Below are positions 9,029 through 18,296 of a stretch of DNA of 64,000 bases, in pieces; within the stretch, counting starts at the first letter, position 1, and each line of letters starts with the position of its first letter. The notes under the pieces were generated by a model. The model was not told the origin of the DNA. It worked only from the letters and a program-made list of their open reading frames with translations, and searched no databases. The stretch is from Minisyncoccota bacterium (GTDB lineage Bacteria > Patescibacteriota > Minisyncoccia > Phycocordibacterales > UBA6065). A program made the translations under genes and the position numbers. The stretch covers positions 1,323 to 65,322 of the forward strand of contig DASZXC010000014.1 of the NCBI GenBank assembly GCA_035546035.1. Reading direction: 5' to 3'.

Positions 9029-10734
9029 TTCTCGCCGTTCCATTCTTTGCCTCTGCCGACACGCTCTATGTCTCTCCGTCTTCCGGCTCATACACGCCGG
9101 GACAGACGTTTTCCGCGCGCGTCTACGTATCGTCTCTCGCGCAAGCGATCAATGCCGTTTCGGGGACGGTGACCTTTCCCGTAGAAAAGCTCCAGGTCGT
9201 CTCCGTATCCAAGACGGGTTCGATTCTGACTCTGTGGGTACAGGATCCGTCGTTCTCAAATAGCCAGGGCACGGTCTCGTTCGAAGGCGTCGTCCCTAAC
9301 CCTGGTTTCAGCGGCTCCGGCGGCTCTCTCGTTACCATAACGTTCCGTGTCGTCGGGCAGGGAACGGCCCAGATCAAATTCTCGTCTGGATCAGTGCTCG
9401 CCAATGACGGCAGCGGCACGAATATCCTCAAAAATCTCTACAACGCCACGTATATGTTAAGCGGCTCGACGGAGCCGGCATCGCCTGCGCCGACGGTCTC
9501 TGCGCCGGCTACCGATTCCGAACCGGCCGTTGATCCTCTGGCTCCGAAAAAGCCGATTGTCCGATCGTCTACGTATCCCGATTCGACGCATTGGTATGCG
9601 GTCCATGAAGGCGCGTTCTCGTGGGACGTTCCAGGCGATGTGTCGTCCGCGCGCATACTCCTCGGCAGGCTGCCGGGCTCGACGCCAACGGTCGTCTATA
9701 CCCCTGCGATAGAGAGCAAGACCATACCCGACATCGAAGACGGCGTCTGGTACCTCCACGTCCAGTTCAAAAACGACCACGGCTGGGGAGCGATCAATCA
9801 CTATCTCTTCAAGGTAGACGGCACCAAGCCTGAAAGCTTCGTCATAAAGCCTCTTTCGACGTCCGACGATACCGATCCTACGCCGCAGTTCTCATTCAAT
9901 GCGACGGATAGCGGTTCAGGCATAGACCATTACACAGTTCAGATAGACCTCAAGGATCCGATCACCTGGCGCGACGACGGTACGAGCGTATTCACGGCTC
10001 CGACACTTTCTCCGGGTCCGCATACGATCATCGCCAAGGCATTCGATGAGGCCAATAACTTCACGTCGACGTCCATAGACTTCAGTGTCGCGGGCATAAC
10101 GGCGCCGAAGATCACGTCGTACCCTGAAAAGATAAGCGATTCGTCACCTCTTGTGGTCAAGGGCGTGTCTTCGCCGAATGCTATGGTGAAAGCGGTCCTC
10201 GCCAAGAGCGACGACGATCCGTTCACCCAGACCGTCACGTCGGATAATCAGGGCAATTGGGCCGTCGTATTCGATTCCGAGCTTCCGAGCGGCGCCTATA
10301 AGCTGACCGCAGTCGCCATGGACAAGCGCGGCGCCCAGAGCGAGCCTTCGCCTGAAAAAGTGGTGCTCGTCCGCACGTCATGGCTCATATCTCTGGGCTA
10401 TTCGGTCATGAGCGCTCTCGCTATCACCGTCCCTATCGCCGCGCTCGCATTCGCCATCGTCTTCATATTCATGTTCGGCTTCCACAAGATCCGTATCATG
10501 AAGAAGAAGCTTCGCAAAGAGCTCCACGACGTCGAACGCATGGTAGATAAGGCGTTCGCTCTCCTCAAGGAAGACGTCGAGGACAGCATACACTTGCTCG
10601 AACACACCAAGAGCAAGCGCAAGCTCACCGACGAAGAGGACGCTATCGTCACGCGCCTTCGCAAGAACCTCACCGAAGCCTCGAAGGTCATCCACAAGCA
10701 GGTCGAGGATATGGAGCGGGAGATAGAGCGCTAG
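8980..10734 (+). CDS. Large membrane-anchored cohesin-domain protein with cytoplasmic charged coiled-coil tail
   Basis: Signal peptide (AAIFLCAAIVLAVPFFASA). N-terminal cohesin-like domain (SGSYTPGQTFSARVYVSS...INAVSGTVTFPV...FSGSGGSLVTITFRVVGQGTAQIKF). Ig-like middle domains include ATDSGSGIDHYTV, as in the preceding gene. TM near the C-terminus, then an ~80 aa K/E-rich tail. Start 8980 (MRSYVYK) is preferred over ORF start 8950 and overlaps the upstream gene by 49 nt. Confidence 0.65.
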   Translation: MRSYVYKAAIFLCAAIVLAVPFFASADTLYVSPSSGSYTPGQTFSARVYVSSLAQAINAVSGTVTFPVEKLQVVSVSKTGSILTLWVQDPSFSNSQGTVSFEGVVPNPGFSGSGGSLVTITFRVVGQGTAQIKFSSGSVLANDGSGTNILKNLYNATYMLSGSTEPASPAPTVSAPATDSEPAVDPLAPKKPIVRSSTYPDSTHWYAVHEGAFSWDVPGDVSSARILLGRLPGSTPTVVYTPAIESKTIPDIEDGVWYLHVQFKNDHGWGAINHYLFKVDGTKPESFVIKPLSTSDDTDPTPQFSFNATDSGSGIDHYTVQIDLKDPITWRDDGTSVFTAPTLSPGPHTIIAKAFDEANNFTSTSIDFSVAGITAPKITSYPEKISDSSPLVVKGVSSPNAMVKAVLAKSDDDPFTQTVTSDNQGNWAVVFDSELPSGAYKLTAVAMDKRGAQSEPSPEKVVLVRTSWLISLGYSVMSALAITVPIAALAFAIVFIFMFGFHKIRIMKKKLRKELHDVERMVDKAFALLKEDVEDSIHLLEHTKSKRKLTDEEDAIVTRLRKNLTEASKVIHKQVEDMEREIER

Positions 10735-10767
10735 ACGTAGTAGGTATATAGCTCATACAATAATCAT

Positions 10768-11145
10768 ATGAAAATCAAAGAAATCGCTTTCGTGGCGTAT
10801 GCCGTTACCGACGTCAGACGAGCCCGCGCATTCTATGAAGGGACGCTCGGACTGAAGCCTGATTCCGTCATGGAGCAGGGCAACGACTTCGCTTTTATCG
10901 AATACTGGATAGGGGAGCATGACGAGCATTGCCTCGTCATCGGTGCAGGCGCGCCCAATTTCAAGCCCGGCAAGACGGGCGCCACGGCCGCTCTCGAAGT
11001 AGACGATTTCCAGGCATTCGTGGACAGGCTGAAAGCCGCGAACGTCAAATTCCTTATGGAACCCGCAGAATGGCCGTCGTGCAATATGGTCCTGATCGAA
11101 GACCCTGACGGGAACCAGATCATGATCCATCGCAGGAAGCAGTAA
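10768..11145 (+). CDS. VOC family (glyoxalase/bleomycin-resistance fold) protein
   Basis: 125 aa with a typical VOC beta-alpha-beta-beta-beta pattern (AFVAYAVTDVRRARAFYEGTLGL). Confidence 0.8.
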   Translation: MKIKEIAFVAYAVTDVRRARAFYEGTLGLKPDSVMEQGNDFAFIEYWIGEHDEHCLVIGAGAPNFKPGKTGATAALEVDDFQAFVDRLKAANVKFLMEPAEWPSCNMVLIEDPDGNQIMIHRRKQ

Positions 11146-11191
11146 TAGGAGCGGCGGTGTATACTGGAACTGTTATCCCTTTAGCATTCTT

Positions 11192-11584
11192 TTGACACAC
11201 ATGACTGTCGCATTCACTCTCGGACGAATCATCGTCGGTCTCTATTTCCTCATCAACGCCTATAACCACGTCATCAAAGGTTCGCACATGGTCGGCTACG
11301 CCGCTTCGAAAGGCGTTCCGGCTCCAAAGCTCGCCATAACAGGCAGCGGCCTACTCCTCCTCGCGGGTGCTCTCTCGATCCTGTCGGGCGTCGCGGTGTT
11401 CTGGGGCCTTATCGCTCTCCTCGTATTCATGATTCCGGTCACGCTCAAGATGCACGATTACTGGAAAGAGACCGATCCTATGGCAAAGATGAATGCGCGC
11501 ATCGCATTCCAGAAGAATATGGCCATCATCGGCTTTCTCCTCATGGCTATGGCCATTCCGACTCCGTGGACGTACAGCCTCTAA
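11192..11584 (+). CDS. DoxX family membrane protein
   Basis: About 130 aa with 4 TM segments and DoxX-like motifs (GRIIVGLYFLINAYNH ... GSGLLLLAGALSIL). Confidence 0.75.
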   Translation: MTHMTVAFTLGRIIVGLYFLINAYNHVIKGSHMVGYAASKGVPAPKLAITGSGLLLLAGALSILSGVAVFWGLIALLVFMIPVTLKMHDYWKETDPMAKMNARIAFQKNMAIIGFLLMAMAIPTPWTYSL

Positions 11585-11594
11585 TCGGTCGACG

Positions 11595-12281
11595 CTAACG
11601 CATAACTTTATCCTGGACCCCGATCCAATAGCCGCGCCCTGGGGCGGTGTGTATGATCTTGCGCCTTGAATCGCCGTCTATTTTCCTGCGGAGGTTCCGC
11701 ATATGGACTTCGATGGTATTCGATAGGTGATCGGCGTCGCTTTCCCAGACGCTTTCAAGGAGTGTCCCGCGCGATACGATGGCGCCCGCACTTCGGAGGA
11801 GGCATTCGGCCAGAGCGAATTCTTTCCGGGTAAGGTACACTTCGCGCTCTCCGACGATCGCCCTCTGGCGGGCGGTATCGAGGACCAAGTCGCCTGCGGT
11901 GAGGACAGGTAAGATTATCTGTGCCGGCCTGCGGACCAAGGCGCGGAGGCGCGATACGAGCTCTTTGGCCGAAAAAGGCTTGGTGATGTAATCATCCGCG
12001 CCGAGATCGAGGAGCTCGATCTTGTCGTCTATGTCGCACATAACGGAGAGGGCGAGCACGGGCATGTTCTTGCCGCTCGCGCGAACCTCTTTCAGCACCT
12101 CTTTGCCGTTCTTTCGCGGCATGACGTTATCGAGGATGAGGGCGTCGTATTCATTAACGCGGGCCATGTATGAGCCTTCGGCGCCGTCGCCTGCCGTGTC
12201 CACCGTAAAGCCTTCGGACGAGAGCTTTTCTTTAAGGAAGCCGCGGATATCAGGATCGTCGTCGATAACGAGTATTCTCAT
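11595..12281 (-). CDS. OmpR-family two-component response regulator (receiver + winged-helix)
   Basis: RILVIDDDPDI...LDNVMP...ADDYITKPF receiver motifs, plus a C-terminal trans_reg_C (TRKEFALAECL...HMRNLRRKI). No histidine kinase gene is adjacent. Confidence 0.9.
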   Translation of the reverse strand: MRILVIDDDPDIRGFLKEKLSSEGFTVDTAGDGAEGSYMARVNEYDALILDNVMPRKNGKEVLKEVRASGKNMPVLALSVMCDIDDKIELLDLGADDYITKPFSAKELVSRLRALVRRPAQIILPVLTAGDLVLDTARQRAIVGEREVYLTRKEFALAECLLRSAGAIVSRGTLLESVWESDADHLSNTIEVHMRNLRRKIDGDSRRKIIHTAPGRGYWIGVQDKVMR

Positions 12282-12412
12282 GGGTTTTCAGGTTGCTGTC
12301 TATTGTATATAGGCCGCAGACTGCCACAATCAGGAGTTATACACAAATTAAGCTTTTCTTAATCTCTATTTTAGTCCGTATAATAATCGTACATTCATAA
12401 CCATTTATTTCC

Positions 12413-12835
12413 ATGTTTTTCGAGAACATCAACTATATCGTCGTTATCGCCGCGACCGCCGTCGGTATCATGATCGGCTTTATCTGGCATTCGCCGTGGG
12501 CTTTCGGCAATATCTGGAAAAAGTCCCAGTCCTGGGGCGAGGACAAGCTCATAGCTAAAAAAGCGGGGAAGTCCATGCTCCCGGTATGGGCCGTGACCGC
12601 GGCTTCGACCCTGGTGACTGCTATCGTCATCGCCGCTCTGTTTAATTCTCTCGTCGTGACGTCTATCGCAGGCATGATCGTCCTCGCGCTTTCCGTCTGG
12701 GTCGCGTTCGTTCTCCCGATCAAGCTCTTCGACGTCATCTTTGGCGGCGACAACTGGACGTTCTTCCTCGTGTCCATCGGCCACGAGCTTCTCGTCGTCC
12801 TCGCGATGACGCTCGTCATCGGCATCTGGGGCTAA
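12413..12835 (+). CDS. Small multi-pass membrane protein, hypothetical
   Basis: 140 aa with 4 predicted TM helices. It is divergent from the response regulator, and a TATAAT element lies at ~12381. Confidence 0.55.
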   Translation: MFFENINYIVVIAATAVGIMIGFIWHSPWAFGNIWKKSQSWGEDKLIAKKAGKSMLPVWAVTAASTLVTAIVIAALFNSLVVTSIAGMIVLALSVWVAFVLPIKLFDVIFGGDNWTFFLVSIGHELLVVLAMTLVIGIWG

Positions 12836-12902
12836 GGCCGACCGCAGCGCAAGCTTTATTTTCGGGCGATTTCGTATAGAATGGCTCGCATAAGCCAGCC
12901 AT

Positions 12903-13835
12903 ATGAGCCACGAGATACTCCTTTATTACAAATACACATCCGTGCGGGATCCCGAAAAATTCGCCAGGGAGCAGCGGGATTTTTGCGACCGCCATAACCT
13001 CAAGGGCCGCATCATCGTGGCTAAGGAGGGCATAAACGGGACTCTGGAGGGCCTTATAAAGGATACCCGCGCGTATAGGCGTTTTTTGAACTCTAAGACG
13101 GGGTTCAAGAGCGTACATTGGAAGATAAGCCAGGGCACAGGCGTCGCGTTTCCTCGCCTTTCGGTCAAAGTCCGACCGGAGATCGTGTCGCTCTCTTTGG
13201 AAAAAAATAAGGACGCGGATGTCGATCCTCGGAAGACAACGGGCGTCCATCTGAAGCCGGCCGACCTTAAAAAATGGTTCGATAAGGGCGAAAAATTCAC
13301 GATCATAGATATGCGGAACGACTACGAACACAAGGTCGGCGCATTCGAAGGCTCGATCTTGCCGCCTCTTAAAAACTTCCGCGACTTGCCGAAGGTCATG
13401 CCGAAATTGAAGAGATTCGCACAGGATAAAGTGCTCACCGTCTGCACGGGCGGCGTCCGATGCGAAAAAGCGTCAGGGTACCTTATCAAAAAAGGATTCA
13501 AGGACGTGTACCAGCTCGACGGAGGCATCGTATCGTTCATGGAAAAGTATCCGGGCGTCCATTTCAAGGGATCGCTCTATGTGTTCGACGGGCGCGTGAC
13601 CATGGATTTCGGCGGCGGAAAAGGAAAGGCACGCGACGTCATCGGCGTCTGCGAGAAATGCGGCGCGAAGACCGAAACCTTCGCGGATTGCACCAACCAG
13701 GACTGTAGGAACCAGATGCTCTGCTGCAAAGCATGCATAAAGGCGGATAAAGCGTATTGTTCGGATAAGTGCCGTCTCATTATAGAGAAGAACCCTCGCG
13801 CCCGCTCGCGCTCGATAGCGAAGACGGAGCTCTAG
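12903..13835 (+). CDS. trhO: Rhodanese-domain tRNA uridine(34) hydroxylase TrhO (YceA/UPF0176 family)
   Basis: LLYYKY...KEGINGT N-terminal domain. Rhodanese domain with CTGGVRCEKAS active-site loop. C-terminal Cys-rich tail (CEKCGAK...CCKAC). Confidence 0.9.
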   Translation: MSHEILLYYKYTSVRDPEKFAREQRDFCDRHNLKGRIIVAKEGINGTLEGLIKDTRAYRRFLNSKTGFKSVHWKISQGTGVAFPRLSVKVRPEIVSLSLEKNKDADVDPRKTTGVHLKPADLKKWFDKGEKFTIIDMRNDYEHKVGAFEGSILPPLKNFRDLPKVMPKLKRFAQDKVLTVCTGGVRCEKASGYLIKKGFKDVYQLDGGIVSFMEKYPGVHFKGSLYVFDGRVTMDFGGGKGKARDVIGVCEKCGAKTETFADCTNQDCRNQMLCCKACIKADKAYCSDKCRLIIEKNPRARSRSIAKTEL

Positions 13836-13849
13836 GCTATAATGAAGCC

Positions 13850-14893
13850 ATGGACACCAAGAAACTCCAGCTTCATTTCTTTATCGGGATCCTTCTCCTC
13901 GTCGCCATCCTCACGGTCTGCCTGTTCTGGTCCTTCATAGCGCCGCTCGCTCTGGCGTTCATGGCCGCGATCGTAGCGCGTCCGATCCACCAGTTCCTCC
14001 TGCGCGAATGGGGCAATCGCCGTACGCTCGCGACGCTCGCGACGGTATTCTTCGTCCTCGTCGTCGCTCTCGTCCCGCTCGGCATCCTCATCCATCAGGC
14101 GACGATCGAGTCGATTAATTTTTACACCGACGTCCGCGACGGGAACAGGGGAGCGCTTGATATGATCTCTGACAGCGTCATCGGCCCTCTCCATTCGCTT
14201 TTTCCCGCATGGAACATAGACGTCAAGGGTTATGTGAAAGGCGTCGCCGACAGCCTCGTCCGGAATGCCGGCGGCATATTCTCGTCGGCGTCGTCGGTCG
14301 CGCTGAGCACCTTCATCGCCATCGTCGGCCTCTTCTACATGCTCCGCGACGGACATGCGTTCAAGAAGACGGTCATAGACCTTTCGCCGCTCGCCGACAG
14401 ATACGACAATCAGATCATCGAAAAGATCGAGCGCGCCGTTAACTCCGTTGTCCGCGGCTCGCTCTTCACTTCTTTGATCAAAGGCATCCTTGCGACTATC
14501 GGCTTCGCCATATTCGGCGTGCCGCACGCGATCCTCTGGGGCATGCTCACGGCCATCGTGTCGCTTCTCCCGGGCATCGGCGCGGGCCTGACCATAATCC
14601 CTGCGAGCCTCTATCTTTTGGCTCTCGACAGGCTCGTCCCTGCGGTCGGCGTCCTTGTCTGGGGCACGATCGTCGTAGGGCTCGTGGATAATTTCGTGAT
14701 GCCGTTCGTCGTGGGCAGGGGATTCACCGTCCACCCGCTGTTCGTCCTGCTCTCGGTCGTGGGCGGCATCATATTCTTTGGGCCGATCGGGCTTTTCCTC
14801 GGCCCGCTCGTGATCGCGCTCCTTTCGGCGCTGCTTGAAATATACAAACTCGTCATTTTGGACGACGAAGGCAAGCGCACGACGGTCATATGA
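13850..14893 (+). CDS. AI-2E family transporter (PerM/UPF0118)
   Basis: 8-TM protein with characteristic motifs (GILATIGFAIFGVPHAILWGMLTAIVSLLPGIGAG). ATG at 13850 lies 15 nt after the trhO stop. Confidence 0.85.
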   Translation: MDTKKLQLHFFIGILLLVAILTVCLFWSFIAPLALAFMAAIVARPIHQFLLREWGNRRTLATLATVFFVLVVALVPLGILIHQATIESINFYTDVRDGNRGALDMISDSVIGPLHSLFPAWNIDVKGYVKGVADSLVRNAGGIFSSASSVALSTFIAIVGLFYMLRDGHAFKKTVIDLSPLADRYDNQIIEKIERAVNSVVRGSLFTSLIKGILATIGFAIFGVPHAILWGMLTAIVSLLPGIGAGLTIIPASLYLLALDRLVPAVGVLVWGTIVVGLVDNFVMPFVVGRGFTVHPLFVLLSVVGGIIFFGPIGLFLGPLVIALLSALLEIYKLVILDDEGKRTTVI

Positions 14894-14957
14894 TCGGCGG
14901 ACAGGCCCGGTTTTTTCGCATGATACAATACAGATATTAGAAATTAGACCTTCCCTT

Positions 14958-15341
14958 ATGAAATCCAACAATACTGACGTAGCGCTCCTTCTCGTGCGCA
15001 TCGCCCTCGGTCTCGTATTCCTCGCCCACGGAGCGACGAAATTCATGGATATGCCGGGAACGCTCGAATTCTTCTCGGCGATGCACCTTTCGCCGTTTTG
15101 GGCGTATATCGTAGCGACGGTCGAAGCCGTCGGCGGCCTCTCGATGCTCCTTGGCGTCGCGACAGGCTGGTCAGGCATACTTTTGGCCATCGTCATGCTC
15201 GGCTCGACCTTTCTCGTGAAGATCTCTCACGGATTCATCGGCGGATACGAATTCGATCTCACGCTCTTCCTCTCGGCCATCGCGATATCTCTCGCCGGTC
15301 CGGGCAAATACACGCTCACATTCGCTTTGAAGCGCGGCTAA
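14958..15341 (+). CDS. DoxX family membrane protein (second copy)
   Basis: ALLLVRIALGLVFLAHGATKF...; start at the internal ATG 14958. Confidence 0.75.
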   Translation: MKSNNTDVALLLVRIALGLVFLAHGATKFMDMPGTLEFFSAMHLSPFWAYIVATVEAVGGLSMLLGVATGWSGILLAIVMLGSTFLVKISHGFIGGYEFDLTLFLSAIAISLAGPGKYTLTFALKRG

Positions 15342-15353
15342 TCGAGACAAGAT

Positions 15354-18296
15354 GTGTCTTTTGACGAGCGCTATAGGAATCTGAACAAAGGTCAAAAAGA
15401 GGCCGTAGACACGATCGACGGCCCGGTAATGGTCATTGCCGGACCCGGAACGGGCAAGACGACCATCCTCACGCTCCGCATAGCGAATATCCTCAAAAGG
15501 ACAGATACGCCTCCTGACGCGATCTTGGCGCTTACGTTCACCGAATCGGGCGTGCGCGCCATGCGCAAGAAGCTCGCTGACATCATCGGCCCCGCAGCGT
15601 ACCGCGTCCGCCTCCATACGTTCCATAGCTTCGCGAACGACATCATCAAGACGTATCCTGACCGATTCCCGCGCATCATCGGCGCCGAGCACGTCGAAGG
15701 GCTCGAGCAGATCGCCCTCGTCGAGAAGCTCCTCGAAACGGGCGACGACGGGGGCGATTTCGGTATCCTCCGTCCCAAAGGCGACCCGACGTACTATGTA
15801 TCTAAAGTCATAAGCGCCGTAAAAGACCTGAAGCGCGATCATATCTCGTCCGCCAAGCTTGCCGAGCTCATCGATGCCGAGGAAAAAATCGTTTTGAGTA
15901 TGCCGGACCTTCGCCATGAGAAAGGGAAATACGCCGGCCGCGTAAAAGGCGAATATCAAGATAGGCTCGACGGCACGGCGAAGAGCCGTGAGCTCGTCCG
16001 AGCGTATGCAGCATATGAAAAAGCGCTCGAGCAGAACCGCCTCTATGACTTCGAGGATATGATCATCGAAGTGGTAAAAGGATTGTCTGCCGATCGGGAC
16101 CTGTGCCTCCGTATCCAGGAAGAGAGCCAGTACATACTGGCTGACGAGCATCAGGACGCGAATACCGCCCAGAACGAGCTCCTCGAGCTCGTCTCTTCAT
16201 TCCATGAGGACCCGAATCTCTTTATCGTCGGCGACGAGAAGCAGGCCATATTCAGGTTTCAGGGCGCTTCTCTGGAAAATTTCCTGCATTTCAAGCGCAA
16301 ATTTCCGGGCGCAAAGCTGATACGGCTTTCCGATAACTATCGCTCGCACCAGATCATTCTCGATGCGGCGCATGCGCTCATCGGCAATAATCCCGTTCCG
16401 GATGAGGGCCTACGCGTTGAGCTCGCGGCGAAAGCACCCGGCTCGATCCCGAAGGCCATCGATTGCGTGACGCTGCCTGATATTCCGAGCGAATTAGATT
16501 TTGTCTCGCGCGAAGCGAAAAAACTGATCGAAAGCGGCGTTGCCCCGCAAGAGATCGCCGTGCTCATTCGCAATAACCGCCACGCCGAAGCCGTCGAAAG
16601 AGCTTTTTCCGCTGCGCATATCCCCGTAGCGCGCCTCGCCGATGCCGATGTGCTCGATCATCCGTATGTCGCGGCTCTGATTTCAGTCATCCGCGCGTCG
16701 CTCGATCCTGCGCAGAACGAATTCGTCGCGCGGGCGCTTTTAGCGCCGTTTCTCGGTCTCGATATCGCGGCGGTTTCCCACGCGCTCGAAACATGGCGCA
16801 GGGAAAAGGGGCTTTTGATCGATTCTCTCCGCGCCAACGAAGCTACGAAGCCTTTCGCGCTCTTGCTGGCGCGCTTCGGCCGGTTAGCGTCGGGAGATCC
16901 CGTCGTGGATGCATTCGAAACGATCGCCAATGAATCCGGTTTCGTCGAGTTCGTGGTGAAGCACGAGAGATCGCGCGAGCTCGTGCCGCTGTATTCGGCG
17001 CTCCTTTCGACCGTCGTGCGATTCGCCGAACGCGAACGGTCGGCGACACTCCGCGACCTTGTGGCGCGCCTCGACCATGCCCGCGAGCATGGCTACAGTA
17101 TTGCGGCGTCGTCTATCCCTCCGCAGGGCGTCCAGCTCATGACCGCCCACGGTTCAAAGGGTCTTGAATTCGAATACGTATTCATCGTCCACGCGAACGA
17201 CAATGTGTGGGGAGGAAAAAAGGCGCGAAAAGCATTCGCTTTGCCGAATATCGGTGGGGAAACGGGCGCGGAGCGCGCTCCCGATGCGGGCGACGGCGCC
17301 GAAGACGAGCGCAGGCTCTTCTATGTCGCTCTCACGCGCGCGCGAAAGCATGTATTCATAACCTCTTCCGAGCGCGACTCTGACGGCAAGGAGCTTTCGC
17401 TGTCGCGATTCATCCTGGAGATCCCCGAAGCCCATGTCCGCCGATCCGTAGAGGCCGGCTCCCGTTCCATCGCCATAAAACAGGCCGGCAGAAAATCTCT
17501 TTTTAAAGACCCTGCATATATCCGCTCGCTTTTCTTGGAGCGGGGGTTTTCGGTGACGCATCTCAATAATTTCCTCGTCTGCCCGTGGAGGTACTTTTTC
17601 CTTAACCTCATTCTTCTGCCGAAGGCCCAGGAAAATCCGCAGCTCTACGGATCAGCTATCCACGGCGCTCTTCATGACTATTTCGAGGCTTATAAGCGAG
17701 AGGAAGATATGCCTGTGGACGAAGCGGTCAGCCTCTTTGAAAAATATCTTCGCCGCACGCACATGACCGAGCGCGACCTCGCCGATTATGTCGCGTCGGG
17801 AAAAGAAGAGCTCAAAGCGTACCTCGCCGCCTATCAATTCCCGCGCACCATCTGGAACGAATATAAAGTCTCCGGCGTGCCGTTCAAGGTCGGCGATGCG
17901 GAGATACTCCTGAACGGAAACTTGGATAAGGTCGAATTGGTCGAAAGCGATTCGGTAAACGTCGTGGATTACAAGACCGGCAAGCCGCAGTCGCGGAACA
18001 AGCTCGAAGGCAAGACCAAGGATGCCGACGGCGATTACAAGCGTCAGCTCGTATTCTATAAATTGATCCTCGACCGCTATAAATCAGGCGAGTGGAATAT
18101 GAAAACAGGCACGCTTGATTTCATAAAGCCCGATGACGGCGGCAGATTGCGCCGCGAGGCATTCGTCATAACGGACGAAGAGGTCCGCGAGCTTGAAACG
18201 ACTATAGCTGACGCGGCAGGGAAAATACTCGCCTTCGATTTTCAGGGCTGCGAAAAGCCCGACTGCGAATGGTGCGCTCTCGCTAAGAGTTTTTGA
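15354..18296 (+). CDS. UvrD/Rep-family helicase fused to C-terminal PD-(D/E)XK nuclease with Cys cluster (AddA-like)
   Basis: Walker A GPGTGKTT, DEHQD box and UvrD C-terminal motifs are present. The C-terminal domain has DYKTGK... and a CEKPDCEWC cysteine cluster typical of RecB/AddB/Cas4-type nucleases. Confidence 0.85.
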   Translation: MSFDERYRNLNKGQKEAVDTIDGPVMVIAGPGTGKTTILTLRIANILKRTDTPPDAILALTFTESGVRAMRKKLADIIGPAAYRVRLHTFHSFANDIIKTYPDRFPRIIGAEHVEGLEQIALVEKLLETGDDGGDFGILRPKGDPTYYVSKVISAVKDLKRDHISSAKLAELIDAEEKIVLSMPDLRHEKGKYAGRVKGEYQDRLDGTAKSRELVRAYAAYEKALEQNRLYDFEDMIIEVVKGLSADRDLCLRIQEESQYILADEHQDANTAQNELLELVSSFHEDPNLFIVGDEKQAIFRFQGASLENFLHFKRKFPGAKLIRLSDNYRSHQIILDAAHALIGNNPVPDEGLRVELAAKAPGSIPKAIDCVTLPDIPSELDFVSREAKKLIESGVAPQEIAVLIRNNRHAEAVERAFSAAHIPVARLADADVLDHPYVAALISVIRASLDPAQNEFVARALLAPFLGLDIAAVSHALETWRREKGLLIDSLRANEATKPFALLLARFGRLASGDPVVDAFETIANESGFVEFVVKHERSRELVPLYSALLSTVVRFAERERSATLRDLVARLDHAREHGYSIAASSIPPQGVQLMTAHGSKGLEFEYVFIVHANDNVWGGKKARKAFALPNIGGETGAERAPDAGDGAEDERRLFYVALTRARKHVFITSSERDSDGKELSLSRFILEIPEAHVRRSVEAGSRSIAIKQAGRKSLFKDPAYIRSLFLERGFSVTHLNNFLVCPWRYFFLNLILLPKAQENPQLYGSAIHGALHDYFEAYKREEDMPVDEAVSLFEKYLRRTHMTERDLADYVASGKEELKAYLAAYQFPRTIWNEYKVSGVPFKVGDAEILLNGNLDKVELVESDSVNVVDYKTGKPQSRNKLEGKTKDADGDYKRQLVFYKLILDRYKSGEWNMKTGTLDFIKPDDGGRLRREAFVITDEEVRELETTIADAAGKILAFDFQGCEKPDCEWCALAKSF

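Noticed and set aside
13832-15196. 454-aa Arg/Glu/Asp-rich ORF on the - strand
   Set aside because: It is entirely antisense to the well-supported AI-2E transporter and DoxX genes. Its extreme low-complexity charged composition is typical of spurious reverse-frame ORFs in GC-rich DNA.
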